Shown here: positions 1 through 16,489 of the stretch, in pieces
How positions within the stretch are numbered: position 1 is the first letter of the stretch
Layout of the letters: each line of letters starts with the position of its first letter
Assembly: GCA_964016885.1 (NCBI GenBank)
Contig: OZ024744.1
Coordinates: forward strand, 63,860,001 to 63,924,000
DNA: 64,000 bases
Direction of reading: 5' to 3'
Origin: Eledone cirrhosa
Taxonomy: Eukaryota
Program-made: the position numbers and the translations under genes
Notes under the pieces: model-generated
Database searches by the model: none
What the model saw: the letters and a program-made list of their open reading frames with translations, nothing else
What the model was told of the DNA's origin: nothing

Positions 1-3000
1 ATATTACAATTGTGACACTCCTGTAGTATATATCACAGTTGTGTCATTCCTGTAGTATATATCACAGTTGTGACATTCCTGTAGTATATATCACAGGTGT
101 GACATTCCTCTAGTATATATCACAGCTGTGACATTTCTGTAGTATATATCACAGTTGTGACATTCCTGTAGTATATATATCACAGCTGTGACATTCCTTT
201 AGTATATATCACAGTTGTGACATTCCTGTAGTATATATCACAGTTGTGACATTCCTGTAGTATATATCACAGCTGTGACATTCCTGTACTATATATCACA
301 GTTATGACATTCCTGTAGTATATATATCAAAGCTGTGACATTCCTGGAGTATATATCACAGCTGTGCATTCCTGTAGTATATATCACAGCTGTGACATTC
401 CTGTAGTATATATTACAATTGTGACATTCCTGTACTATATATCAAAGTTGTGAAATTTCTGTAGTATATATCACAGTTGTGACATTCCTGTAGTATATAT
501 CACTGGTGTGACATTCCTGTAGTATATATCACAGCTCTGACATTTCTGTTGTATATATCACAGTTGTGACATTCATACAGTATATATCACAGTTGACATT
601 CCTGTAGTATATATCACAGTTGTGACATTCATGTAGTATATATCACAGTTGTGACATTCATGTAGTATATATCACAGTTGTGACATTCCTGTAGTATATA
701 TCACATCTGTGACATTCCTGTAGTATATATCACATCTGTGACATTCCTGTAGTATATATCACAGTTGTGACATTCCTGTAGTATATATCACAGCTGTGAC
801 ATTCCTGTAGTGTATATCACAGTTGTGATATTCCTGTACTATATATCACAACAGTGACATTCCTGCTGTTTATATCACAGCTGTGACATTCCTGTACTAT
901 ATATCACAATTGTGACATTCCTGTAGTATATATCACTGTTGTGACATTCCTGTAGTATATATCAAAGTTGTGACATTCCTGTAGTATATATCACAGTTGT
1001 GACATTCATCTAGTATATATCACAGTTGTGACATTCATCTAGTATATATCACACTTGTGATATTCCTGTAGTATATATTACAGCTGTGACATTCCTGTAG
1101 TGTATATAACAGTTGTGACATTCCTGTACTATATATCACAACTGTGACATTCCTGCTGTTTATATCACAGCTGTGACATTCCTGTAGTATATATCACAAT
1201 TGTGACACTCCTGTAGTATGCATCACAATTGTGACACTCCTGTAGTATATATCACAGTTGTGTCATTCCTGTAGTATATATCACAGTTGTGACATTCCTG
1301 TAGTATATATCACAGCTGTGACATTCCTGTAGTATATATCACAGTTGTGACATTCCTGTAGTATATATCACAGCTGTGACATTCCTGTAGTATATATCAC
1401 AATTGTGACATTCTTGTAGTATATATTACAGCTGTGACATTACTGTAGTATATATCACAGTTGTGACATTCCTCTAGTATATATCACAGTTGTCACATTC
1501 CTCTAGTATATATCACAGCTGTGACATTTCTGTAGTATATATCACAGCTGTGACATTGCTGTAGCATATATCACAGTTATGACATTGCTGTAGTATATAT
1601 CACAGTTATGACATTCTTGTAGTATATATTACAGGTGTGACATTCCTGTAGTATATATGACAGTTGTGACATTCCTGTAGTATATATCACAGTTGACATT
1701 CCTGTAGTATGTATCAAATTTGTGACATTCATCTAGTATATATCACAGTTGTGACATTCCTGTAGTATATATCACACTTGTGATATTCCTGTAGTATATA
1801 TCACAGCTGTGGCATTCCTGCAGTATATATCACAGTTGTTACATTCCTGTAGTATATATCACAGCTGTGACATTCCTGTAGTGTATATAACAGTTGTGAC
1901 ATTCATGAACTATATATCACAACTGTGACATTCCTGCTGTTTATATCATAGCTGTGACATTCCTGTAGTATATATTACAATTGTGACACTCCTGTAGTAT
2001 ATATCACAGTTGTGTCATTCCTGTAGTATATATCACAGTTGTGACATTCCTGTAGTATATATCACAGTTGTGACATTCCTGTAGTATATATCACAGTTGT
2101 GACATTCCTGTAGTATATATCACAGGTGTGACATTCCTCTAGTATATATCACAGCTGTGACATTTCTGTAGTTTATATCACAGTTGTGACATTCCTGTAG
2201 TATATATATCACAGCTGTGACATTCCTTTAGTATATATCACAGTTGTGACATTCCTGTAGTATATATCACAGTTGTGACATTCCTGTAGTATATATCACA
2301 GCTGTGACATTCCTGTACTATATATCACAGTTATGACATTCCTGTAGTATATATATCAAAGCTGTGACATTCGTGGAGTATATATCACAGCTGTGCATTC
2401 CTGTAGTATATATCACAGCTGTGACATTCCTGTAGTATATATTACAATTGTGACATTCCTGTACTATATATCACAGTTGTGAAATTTCTGTAGTATATAT
2501 CACAGTTGTGACATTCCTGTAGTATATATCACTGGTGTGACATTCCTGTAGTATATATCACAGCTCTGACATTTCTGTTGTATATATCACAGTTGTGACA
2601 TTCATATAGTATATATCACAGTTGACATTCCTGTAGTATATATCACAGTTGTGACATTCCTGTAGTATATATCACAGGTGTGACATTCCTGTAGTATATA
2701 TCACAGGTGTGACATTCCTGTAGTATATATCACAGCTGTGACATTCCTGTAGTATATATCACAGCTGTGACATTCCTGTAGTATATATATATCACAGCTG
2801 TAACATTCCTGTAGTATATATAACAGTTGTGACATTCCTGTAGTATATATCACAATTATGACATTCCTGTAATATATATCACAGTTCTGACATTCATGTA
2901 GTATATATCACAGTTGTGACATTCCTGTAGTATATATCACACCTGTGACATTCCTGTAGTATATATCACATCTGTGACATTCCTGTAGTATATATCACAA

Positions 3001-6000
3001 TTGTTACATTCCTGTAGTATATATCACAGCTGTGACATTCCTGTAGTGTATATCACAGTTGTGATATTCCTGTACTATATATCACAACTGTGACATTTCT
3101 GCTGTTTATATCACAGCTGTGACATTCCTGTACTATATATTACAATTGTGACATTCCTGTAGTATATATCACTGTTGTGACATTCCTGTAGTATATATCA
3201 CAGTTGTGACATTCCTGTAGTATATATCACAGCTGTGACATTCCTGTAGTATATATCACAGTTGTGACATTCTTGTAGTATATATCACAGTTGTGCCATT
3301 CTTGTAGTATATATTACAGCTGTGACATTCCTGCAGTATATATCACAGTTGTGACATTCCTGTAGTATATATCATAGTTGTTACATTCCTGTAGTATATA
3401 TCACAGCTGTGACATTCCTGTACTGTATATCACAGTTGTGATATTCCTGTACTATATATCACAACTGTGACATTTCTGCTGTTTATATCACAGCTGTGAC
3501 ATTCCTGTAGTATATTTTACAATTGTGCCACTCCTGTAGTATATATCACTGTTGAGACATTCCTGTAGTATATATCACAGTTGTGACATTCCTGTAGTAT
3601 ATATCACAGCTGTGACATTCCTGTAGTATATATCACAGTTGTGACATTCTTGTAGTATATATCACAGTTGTGACATTCTTGTAGTATATATTACAGCTGT
3701 GACATTCCTGTAGTATATATCACAGCTGTGACATTCCTGTAGTGTATATAACAGTTGTGACATTCCTGTACTATATATCACAATTGTGACATTCCTGCTG
3801 TTTATATCACAGCTGTGACATTCCTGTAGTATATATCACAATTGTGACACTCCTGTAGTATATATCACAGTTGTGACATTCCTGTAGTATATATCACAGT
3901 TGTGACATTCCTGTAGTATATATCACAGCTGTGACATTCCTGTAGTATATATCACAGTTGTGACATTCCTGTAGTATATATCACAGCTGTGACATTCCTG
4001 TAGTATATATCACAGTTGTGACATTCTTGTAGTATATATTACAGCTGTGACATTCCTGTAGTATATATCACAATTGTGACATTCCTGTAGTATATATGAC
4101 AGTTGTGACATTCCTGTAGTAAATATCACAGTTGTGACATTCCTCTAGTATATATCACAGTTGTGACATTCCTCTAGTATATATCACAGCTGTGACATTT
4201 CTGTAGTATATATCACAGTTGTGACATTCCTGTAGTATATATTACAGCTGTGACATTCCTGTAGTATATATTACAGCTGTGACATTCCTATACTATATAT
4301 CACAGTTGAGACATTTGTGTAGTATATATCACAGTTGTGACATTCCTGTAGTATATATCACAGGTGTCACATTCCTGTAGTATATATCACAGCTGTGACA
4401 TTTCTGTAGTATATATCACAGTTGTGACATTCCTGTAGTATATATCACAATTGACATTCCTGTAGTATATATCACAGTTGTGACATTCATCTAGTATATA
4501 TCACAGTTGTGACATTCATCTAGTATATATCACACTTGTGATATTCCTGTAGTATATATCACAGCTGTGACATTCCTGCAGTATATATCACAGTTATGAC
4601 ATTCCTGTAGTATATATCACAGTTGTGTCATTCCTGTAGTATATATCACAGCTCTGACATTTCTGTAGTATATATCACAGCTCTGACATTTCTGTAGTAT
4701 ATATCACAGTTGTGACATTCCTATAGCATATATCACAGTTGACATTCCTGTACTATATATCACAGTTGTGACATTCCTGTACTATATATCGCAGTTATGA
4801 CATTCCTGTAGTATATATCACAGTTATGACATACCTGTAGTATATATCACAGTTATGACATTCCTGTTTTATATATCACAGTTGTGACATTCTTGTAGTA
4901 TATATTACAGCTGTGACATTCCTGTAGTATATATCACAGCTGTGACATTCCTGTAGTGTATATAACAGTTGTGACATTCCTGTACTATATATCACAATTG
5001 TGACATTCCTGCTGTTTATATCACAGCTGTGACATTCCTGTAGTATATATCACAATTGTGACACTCCTGTAGTATATATCACAGTTGTGACATTCCTGTA
5101 GTATATATCACAGTTGTGACATTCCTGTAGTATATATCACAGCTGTGACATTCCTGTAGTATATATCACAGCTGTGACATTCCTGTAGTATATATCACAG
5201 TTGTGACATTCTTGTAGTATATATTACAGCTGTGACATTCCTGTAGTATATATCACAATTGTGACATTCCTGTAGTATATATGACAGTTGTGACATTCCT
5301 GTAGTAAATATCACAGTTGTGACATTCCTCTAGTATATATCACAGCTGTGACATTTCTGTAGTATATATCACAGTTGTGACATTCCTGTAGTATATATTA
5401 CAGCTGTGTCATTCCTGTAGTATATATTACAGCTGTGACATTCCTATACTATATATCACAGTTGAGACATTTGTGTAGTATATATCACAGTTGTGACATT
5501 CCTGTAGTATATATCACAGGTGTGACATTCCTGTAGTATATATCACAGCTGTGACATTCCTGTAGTATATATCACAATTGACATTCCTGTAGTATATATC
5601 ACAGTTGTGACATTCATCTAGTATATATCACAGTTGTGACATTCATCTAGTATATATCACACTTGTGATATTCCTGTAGTATATATCACAGCTGTGACAT
5701 TCCTGCAGTATATATCACAGTTATGACATTCCTGTAGTATATATCACAGTTGTGTCATTCCTGTAGTATATATCACAGCTCTGACATTTCTGTAGTATAT
5801 ATCACAGCTCTGACATTTCTGTAGTATATATCACAGTTGTGACATTCCTATAGCATATATCACAGTTGACATTCCTGTACTATATATCACAGTTGTGACA
5901 TTCCTGTACTATATATCGCAGTTATGACATTCCTGTAGTATATATCACAGTTATGACATACCTGTAGTATATATCACAGTTATGACATTCCTGTTTTATA

Positions 6001-9000
6001 TATCACAGTTGTATCATTCCTGTAGTATATATCACAGTTATGACATTCTTGTAGTATATGTCACAGCTGTGACATTCCTGTAGTATATATCACAGTTGTG
6101 TTATTCCTGTAGTACATATCACAGTTGTTACATTCCTGTAGTATATATCACAGTTGTTACATTCCTGTAGTATATATCACAGTTGACATTCGCGTAGTAT
6201 ATATCACAGTTGACATTCCTGTAGTATATATCACAGCTGTGACAATCCTGTAGTATATATCACAGCTGTGACATTCCTGTTGTGTACATCACAGCTCTGA
6301 CATTCCTGTAGTATATATCACAGCTGTGACATTCCTGTAGTATATATCACAGCTGTGACATTACTGTAGTATATATCACAGTTATGACATTCCTGTAGTA
6401 TATATCACAGTTGTGACATTCCTGTAGTATATATCACAGTTGTGACATTCCTGTAGTAGATATCACAGTTGTGACATTCCTGTAGTATATATCACAGTTG
6501 TGACATTCCTGTACTATATATCGCAGTTATCACATACCTGTAGTATATATCACAGTTATGACATTCCTGTTGTATATATCACAGTTGTGTCATTCCTGTA
6601 GTATATATCACAGTTATGACATTCATGTAGTATATGTCACAGCTGTGACATTCCTGTAGTATATATCACAGTTGTGTCATACCTGTAGTATATATCACAG
6701 TTGACATTCCCGTAGTATATATCACAGTTGACATTCCTGTAGTATATATCACAGCTGTGACAATCCTGTAGTATATGTCTCAGTTATGACATTCCTGTAT
6801 ATATCACAGTTATGACATTCCTGTAGTATATATCATAGTTATGACATCCCTGTAGTATATATCACAACTGACATTCCTGCTGTTTATATCACAGCTGTGA
6901 TATTCCTGTAGTATATATCACAATTGTGACATTCCTGTAGTATATATCACAGCTGTGACATTGCTGTAGCATATATCACAGTTATGACATTGCTGTAGTA
7001 AATATCACAGTTATGACATTCCTGTAGTATATATCGCAGGTGTGACATTCCTGTAGTATATATCATAGCTGTGACATTCCTGTAGTATATATCACAGTTG
7101 TGACATCCCTGTAGTATATATCACAGTTGTGACATTCCTGTAGTATATATCACAGCTGGGACATTCCTGTAGTATATATCACAGTTGTGACATTCTTGTA
7201 GTATATATCACAGTTGTGACATTCTTGTAGTATATATTACAGCTGTGACATTCCTGCAGTATATATCACAGTTGTGACATTCCTGTAGTATATATCATAG
7301 TTGTTACATTCCTGTAGTATATATCACAGCTGTGACATTCCTGTAGTGTATATAACAGTTGTGACATTCATGTACTATATATCACAACTGTGACATTCCT
7401 GCTGTTTATATCACAGCTGTGACATTCCTGTAGTATATTTTACAATTGTGCCACTCCTGTAGTATATATCACTGTTGAGACATTCCTGTAGTATATATCA
7501 CAGTTGTGACATTCCTGTAGTATATATCACAGGTGTGACATTCCTGTAGTATATATCACAGGTGTGACATTCCTGTAGTATATATCACAGCTGTGACATT
7601 CCTGTAGTATATATCACAGCTGTGACATTCCTGTAGTATATATATATCACAGCTGTAACATTCCTGTAGTATATATAACAGTTGTGACATTCCTGTAGTA
7701 TATATCACAATTATGACATTCCTGTAATATATATCACAGTTCTGACATTCATGTAGTATATATCACAGTTGTGACATTCCTGTAGTATATATCACACCTG
7801 TGACATTCCTGTAGTATATATCACATCTGTGACATTCCTGTAGTATATATCACAATTGTTACATTCCTGTAGTATATATCACAGCTGTGACATTCCTGTA
7901 GTGTATATCACAGTTGTGATATTCCTGTACTATATATCACAACTGTGACATTTCTGCTGTTTATATCACAGCTGTGACATTCCTGTACTATATATTACAA
8001 TTGTGACATTCCTGTAGTATATATCACTGTTGTGACATTCCTGTAGTATATATCACAGTTGTGACATTCCTGTAGTATATATCACAGCTGTGACATTCCT
8101 GTAGTATATATCACAGTTGTGACATTCTTGTAGTATATATCACAGTTGTGCCATTCTTGTAGTATATATTACAGCTGTGACATTCCTGCAGTATATATCA
8201 CAGTTGTGACATTCCTGTAGTATATATCATAGTTGTTACATTCCTGTAGTATATATCACAGCTGTGACATTCCTGTACTGTATATCACAGTTGTGATATT
8301 CCTGTACTATATATCACAACTGTGACATTTCTGCTGTTTATATCACAGCTGTGACATTCCTGTAGTATATTTTACAATTGTGCCACTCCTGTAGTATATA
8401 TCACTGTTGAGACATTCCTGTAGTATATATCACAGTTGTGACATTCCTGTAGTATATATCACAGTTGTGACATTCTTGTAGTATATATCACAGTTGTGAC
8501 ATTCTTGTAGTATATATTACAGCTGTGACATTCCTGTAGTATATATCACAGCTGTGACATTCCTGTAGTGTATATAACAGTTGTGACATTCCTGTACTAT
8601 ATATCACAATTGTGACATTCCTGCTGTTTATATCACAGCTGTGACATTCCTGTAGTATATATCACAATTGTGACACTCCTGTAGTATATATCACAGTTGT
8701 GACATTCCTGTAGTATATATCACAGTTGTGACATTCCTGTAGTATATATCACAGCTGTGACATTCCTGTAGTATATATCACAGTTGTGACATTCCTGTAG
8801 TATATATCACAGCTGTGACATTCCTGTAGTATATATCACAGTTGTGACATTCTTGTAGTATATATTACAGCTGTGACATTCCTGTAGTATATATCACAAT
8901 TGTGACATTCCTGTAGTATATATGACAGTTGTGACATTCCTGTAGTAAATATCACAGTTGTGACATTCCTCTAGTATATATCACAGTTGTGACATTCCTC

Positions 9001-12000
9001 TAGTATATATCACAGCTGTGACATTTCTGTAGTATATATCACAGTTGTGACATTCCTGTAGTATATATTACAGCTGTGACATTCCTGTAGTATATATTAC
9101 AGCTGTGACATTCCTATACTATATATCACAGTTGAGACATTTGTGTAGTATATATCACAGTTGTGACATTCCTGTAGTATATATCACAGGTGTGACATTC
9201 CTGTAGTATATATCACAGCTGTGACATTTCTGTAGTATATATCACAGTTGTGACATTCCTGTAGTATATATCACAATTGACATTCCTGTAGTATATATCA
9301 CAGTTGTGACATTCATCTAGTATATATCACAGTTGTGACATTCATCTAGTATATATCACACTTGTGATATTCCTGTAGTATATATCACAGCTGTGACATT
9401 CCTGCAGTATATATCACAGTTATGACATTCCTGTAGTATATATCACAGTTGTGTCATTCCTGTAGTATATATCACAGCTCTGACATTTCTGTAGTATATA
9501 TCACAGCTCTGACATTTCTGTAGTATATATCACAGTTGTGACATTCCTATAGCATATATCACAGTTGACATTCCTGTACTATATATCACAGTTGTGACAT
9601 TCCTGTACTATATATCGCAGTTATGACATTCCTGTAGTATATATCACAGTTATGACATACCTGTAGTATATATCACAGTTATGACATTCCTGTTTTATAT
9701 ATCACAGTTGTGACATTCTTGTAGTATATATTACAGCTGTGACATTCCTGTAGTATATATCACAGCTGTGACATTCCTGTAGTGTATATAACAGTTGTGA
9801 CATTCCTGTAGTGTATATAACAGTTGTGACATTCCTGTACTATATATCACAATTGTGACATTCCTGCTGTTTATATCACAGCTGTGACATTCCTGTAGTA
9901 TATATCACAATTGTGACACTCCTGTAGTATATATCACAGTTGTGACATTCCTGTAGTATATATCACAGTTGTGACATTCCTGTAGTATATATCACAGCTG
10001 TGACATTCCTGTAGTATATATCACAGCTGTGACATTCCTGTAGTATATATCACAGTTGTGACATTCTTGTAGTATATATTACAGCTGTGACATTCCTGTA
10101 GTATATATCACAATTGTGACATTCCTGTAGTATATATGACAGTTGTGACATTCCTGTAGTAAATATCACAGTTGTGACATTCCTCTAGTATATATCACAG
10201 TTGTGACATTCCTCTAGTATATATCACAGCTGTGACATTTCTGTAGTATATATCACAGTTGTGACATTCCTGTAGTATATATTACAGCTGTGACATTCCT
10301 GTAGTATATATTACAGCTGTGACATTCCTATACTATATATCACAGTTGAGACATTTGTGTAGTATATATCACAGTTGTGACATTCCTGTAGTATATATCA
10401 CAGGTGTGACATTCCTGTAGTATATATCACAGCTGTGACATTCCTGTAGTATATATCACAATTGACATTCCTGTAGTATATATCACAGTTGTGACATTCA
10501 TCTAGTATATATCACAGTTGTGACATTCATCTAGTATATATCACACTTGTGATATTCCTGTAGTATATATCACAGCTGTGACATTCCTGCAGTATATATC
10601 ACAGTTATGACATTCCTGTAGTATATATCACAGTTGTGTCATTCCTGTAGTATATATCACAGCTCTGACATTTCTGTAGTATATATCACAGCTCTGACAT
10701 TTCTGTAGTATATATCACAGTTGTGACATTCCTATAGCATATATCACAGTTGACATTCCTGTACTATATATCACAGTTGTGACATTCCTGTACTATATAT
10801 CGCAGTTATGACATTCCTGTAGTATATATCACAGTTATGACATACCTGTAGTATATATCACAGTTATGACATTACTGTTTTATATATCACAGTTGTATCA
10901 TTCCTGTAGTATATATCACAGTTATGACATTCTTGTAGTATATGTCACAGCTGTGACATTCCTGTAGTATATATCACAGTTGTGTTATTCCTGTAGTACA
11001 TATCACAGTTGTTACATTCCTGTAGTATATATCACAGTTGTTACATTCCTGTAGTATATATCACAGTTGACATTCGCGTAGTATATATCACAGTTGACAT
11101 TCCTGTAGTATATATCACAGCTGTGACAATCCTGTAGTATATATCACAGCTGTGACATTCCTGTTGTGTACATCACAGCTCTGACATTCCTGTAGTATAT
11201 ATCACAGCTGTGACATTACTGTAGTATATATCACAGTTATGACATTCCTGTAGTATATATCACAGTTGTGACATTCCTGTAGTATATATCACAGTTGTGA
11301 CATTCCTGTAGTAGATATCACAGTTGTGACATTCCTGTAGTATATATCACAGTTGTGACATTCCTGTACTATATATCGCAGTTATCACATACCTGTAGTA
11401 TATATCACAGTTATGACATTCCTGTTGTATATATCACAGTTGTGTCATTCCTGTAGTATATATCACAGTTATGACATTCATGTAGTATATGTCACAGCTG
11501 TGACATTCCTGTAGTATATATCACAGTTGTGTCATACCTGTAGTATATATCACAGTTGACATTCCCGTAGTATATATCACAGTTGACATTCCTGTAGTAT
11601 ATATCACAGCTGTGACAATTCTGTAGTATATGTCTCAGTTATGACATTCCTGTAGTATATATCACAGTTATGACATTCCTGTAGTATATATCATAGTTAT
11701 GACATCCCTGTAGTATATATCACAACTGACATTCCTGCTGTTTATATCACAGCTGTGATATTCCTGTAGTATATATCACAATTGTGACATTCCTGTAGTA
11801 TATATCACAGCTGTGACATTGCTGTAGCATATATCACAGTTATGACATTGCTGTAGTAAATATCACAGTTATGACATTCCTGTAGTATATATCGCAGGTG
11901 TGACATTCCTGTAGTATATATCATAGCTGTGACATTCCTGTAGTATATATCACAGTTGTGACATCCCTGTAGTATATATCACAGTTGTGACATTCCTGTA

Positions 12001-15000
12001 GTATATATCACAGCTGGGACATTCCTGTAGTATATATCACAGTTGTGACATTCTTGTAGTATATATCACAGTTGTGACATTCTTGTAGTATATATTACAG
12101 CTGTGACATTCCTGCAGTATATATCACAGTTGTGACATTCCTGTAGTATATATCATAGTTGTTACATTCCTGTAGTATATATCACAGCTGTGACATTCCT
12201 GTAGTGTATATAACAGTTGTGACATTCATGTACTATATATCACAACTGTGACATTCCTGCTGTTTATATCACAGCTGTGACATTCCTGTAGTATATTTTA
12301 CAATTGTGCCACTCCTGTAGTATATATCACTGTTGAGACATTCCTGTAGTATATATCACAGTTGTGACATTCCTGTAGTATATATCACAGCTGTGACATT
12401 CCTGTAGTATATATCACAGTTGTGACATTCTTGTAGTATATATCACAGTTGTGACATTCTTGTAGTATATATTACAGCTGTGACATTCCTGTAGTATATA
12501 TCACAGCTGTGACATTCCTGTAGTGTATATAACAGTTGTGACATTCCTGTACTATATATCACAATTGTGACATTCCTGCTGTTTATATCACAGCTGTGAC
12601 ATTCCTGTAGTATATATCACAATTGTGACACTCCTGTAGTATATATCACAGTTGTGACATTCCTGTAGTATATATCACAGTTGTGACATTCCTGTAGTAT
12701 ATATCACAGCTGTGACATTCCTGTAGTATATATCACAGTTGTGACATTCCTGTAGTATATATCACAGCTGTGACATTCCTGTAGTATATATCACAGTTGT
12801 GACATTCTTGTAGTATATATTACAGCTGTGACATTCCTGTAGTATATATCACAATTGTGACATTCCTGTAGTATATATGACAGTTGTGACATTCCTGTAG
12901 TAAATATCACAGTTGTGACATTCCTCTAGTATATATCACAGTTGTGACATTCCTCTAGTATATATCACAGCTGTGACATTTCTGTAGTATATATCACAGC
13001 TGTGACATTCCTGTAGTATATATTACAGCTGTGACATTCCTGTAGTATATATTACAGCTGTGACATTCCTATACTATATATCACAGTTGAGACATTTGTG
13101 TAGTATATATCACAGTTGTGACATTCCTGTAGTATATATCACAGGTGTGACATTCCTGTAGTATATATCACAGCTGTGACATTTCTGTAGTATATATCAC
13201 AGTTGTGACATTCCTGTAGTATATATCACAATTGACATTCCTGTAGTATATATCACAGTTGTGACATTCATCTAGTATATATCACAGTTGTGACATTCAT
13301 CTAGTATATATCACACTTGTGATATTCCTGTAGTATATATCACAGCTGTGACATTCCTGCAGTATATATCACAGTTGTGACATTCCTGTAGTATATATCA
13401 CAATTGACATTCCTGTAGTATATATCACAGTTGTGACATTCATCTAGTATATATCACAGTTGTGACATTCATCTAGTATATATCACACTTGTGATATTCC
13501 TGTAGTATATATCACAGCTGTGACATTCCTGCAGTATATATCACAGTTATGACATTCCTGTAGTATATATCACAGCTCTGACATTTCTGTAGTATATATC
13601 ACAGCTCTGACATTTCTGTAGTATATATCACAGTTGTGACATTCCTATAGCATATATCACAGTTGACATTCCTGTACTATATATCACAGTTGTGACATTC
13701 CTGTACTATATATCGCAGTTATGACATTCCTGTAGTATATATCACAGTTGTGTCATTCCTGTAGTATATATCACAGTTATGACATTCTTGTAGTATATGT
13801 CACAGCTGTGACATTCCTGTAGTATATATCACAGTTGTGTCATTCCTGTAGTACATATCACAGTTGTTACATTCCTGTAGTATATATCACAGTTGTTACA
13901 TTCCTGTAGTATATATCACAGTTGACATTCGCGTAGTATATATCACAGTTGACATTCCTGTAGTATATATCACAGCTGTGACAATCCTGTAGTATATATC
14001 ACAGCTGTGACATTCCTGTTGTGTACATCACAGCTCTGACATTCCTGTAGTATATATCACAGCTGTGACATTACTGTAGTATATATCACAGTTATGACAT
14101 TCCTGTAGTATATATCACAGTTGTGACATTCCTGTAGTATATATCACAGTTGTGACATTCCTGTAGTAGATATCACAGTTGTGACATTCCTGTAGTATAT
14201 ATCACAGTTGTGACATTCCTGTACTATATATCGCAGTTATCACATACCTGTAGTATATATCACAGTTATGACATTCCTGTTGTATATATCACAGTTGTGT
14301 CATTCCTGTAGTATATATCACAGTTATGACATTCATGTAGTATATGTCACAGCTGTGACATTCCTGTAGTATATATCACAGTTGTGTCATACCTGTAGTA
14401 TATATCACAGTTGACATTCCCGTAGTATATATCACAGTTGACATTCCTGTAGTATATATCACAGCTGTGACAATCCTGTAGTATATGTCTCAGTTATGAC
14501 ATTCCTGTAGTATATATCACAGTTATGACATTCCTGTAGTATATATCATAGTTATGACATCCCTGTAGTATATATCACAACTGTGACATTCCTGCTGTTT
14601 ATATCACAGCTGTGATATTCCTGTAGTATATATCACAATTGTGACATTCCTGTAGTATATATCACAGCTGTGACATTGCTGTAGCATATATCACAGTTAT
14701 GACATTGCTGTAGTAAATATCACAGTTATGACATTCCTGTAGTATATATCGCAGGTGTGACATTCCTGTAGTATATATCATAGCTGTGACATTCCTGTAG
14801 TATATATCACAGTTGTGACATCCCTGTAGTATATATCACAGTTGTGACATTCCTGTAGTATATATCACAGCTGTGACATTCCTGTAGTGTATATAACAGT
14901 TGTGACATTCCTGTACTATATATCACAATTGTGACATTCCTGCTGTTTATATCACAGCTGTGACATTCCTGTAGTATATATCACAATTGTGACACTCCTG

Positions 15001-16360
15001 TAGTATATATCACAGTTGTGTCATTCCTGTAGTATATATCACAGTTGTGGCATTCCTGTAGTATATATCGCAGCTGTGACATTCCTGTAGTGTATATCAC
15101 AGTTGTGACATTCCTGTAGTATATATCACAGTTGTGACATTCCTGTAGTATATATCACAGGTGTTACATTCGTCTAGTATATATCACAGCTGTGACATTT
15201 CTGTAGTATATATGACATTTGTGACATTCCTGTAGTATATATCACAGCTGTGACATTCCTGTAGTATATATCACAGTTGTGACATTCCTGTAGTATATAT
15301 TACAGTTGTGACATTCCTATACTACATATCACAGTTGTGACATTCCTGTAGTATATATCACAGCTGTGAAATTTCTGTAGTATATATCACAGTTGTGACA
15401 TTCCTGTAGTATATATGACAGTTGTGACATTTCTGTAGTATATATCACAGTTGTGACATTCCTATAGTATATATCACAGTTGACATTCCTGTAGTATATA
15501 TCACAGTTGTGACATTCCTGTAGTATATATCACAGCTGTGACATTCCTGTAGTATATATCACAGCGGTGACATTCCTGTAGTGTATATAACAGTTGTAAC
15601 ATTCATGTACTATATATCACAACTGTGACATTCCTGCTGTTTATATCACAGCTGTGACATTCCTGTAGTATATATCACAATTGTGACATTCCTTTAGTAT
15701 ATATCACTGTTGTGACATTCCTGTAGTTTATATCACAGCTGTGACATTCCTGTAGTATATATCACAGTTGTGACATTCCTGTAGTATATATATCAAAGCT
15801 GTGACATTCCTGTAGTATATATCACAGCTGTGACATTCCTGTAGTGTATATAACAGTTGTGACATTCATGTACTATATATCACAACTGTGACATTCCTGC
15901 TGTTTATATCACAGCTGTGACATTCCTGTAGTATATATCACAATTGTGACACTCCTGTAGTATATATCACAGTTGTGTCATTCCTGTAGTATATATCACA
16001 GTTGTGACATTCCTGTAGTATATATCACAGTTGTGACATTCCTGTAGTATATATCACAGTTGTGACATTGCTGTAGTATATATCACAGTTGTGACATTCC
16101 TGTAGTATATATCACAGGTGTGACATTCCTCTAGTATATATCACAGCTGTGACATTTCTGTAGTATATATCACAGTTCTGACATTCCTATAGTATATATC
16201 ACAGTTGACATTCCTGTAGTATATATCACAGTTGTGACATTCCTGTAGTATATATCACAGTTGTGACATTCCTGTAGTATATATCACAGTTGTGACATTT
16301 CTGTAGTATATATCACAGTTCTGACATTCCTATAGTATATATCACAGCTGTGACATTCCT
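1..16360. repeat. Satellite array, 29-bp monomer (consensus TCACAGTTGTGACATTCCTGTAGTATATA), about 560 copies, truncated by the window start
   Basis: Continuous tandem repetition with point variants and occasional 27/31-bp units. It ends abruptly at ...GTGACATTCCT|TTCAAAATTG at 16360. Confidence 0.99.
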
Positions 16361-16489
16361 TTCAAAATTGTAAATCATGTTTATGATTCAAAGGCTTACA
16401 CAAGAAACAACTACAATTTCTCTTCTATACAGCCTTGCCACCAGGAAGGTAGCTGGTCAAAAATAAACTTAAAATTAAGAGAAAGAGAG

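Noticed and set aside
1-16360. CRISPR array (29-bp partially palindromic repeats)
   Set aside because: The repeats are contiguous with no unique spacers, there are no cas genes, and the context is eukaryotic.
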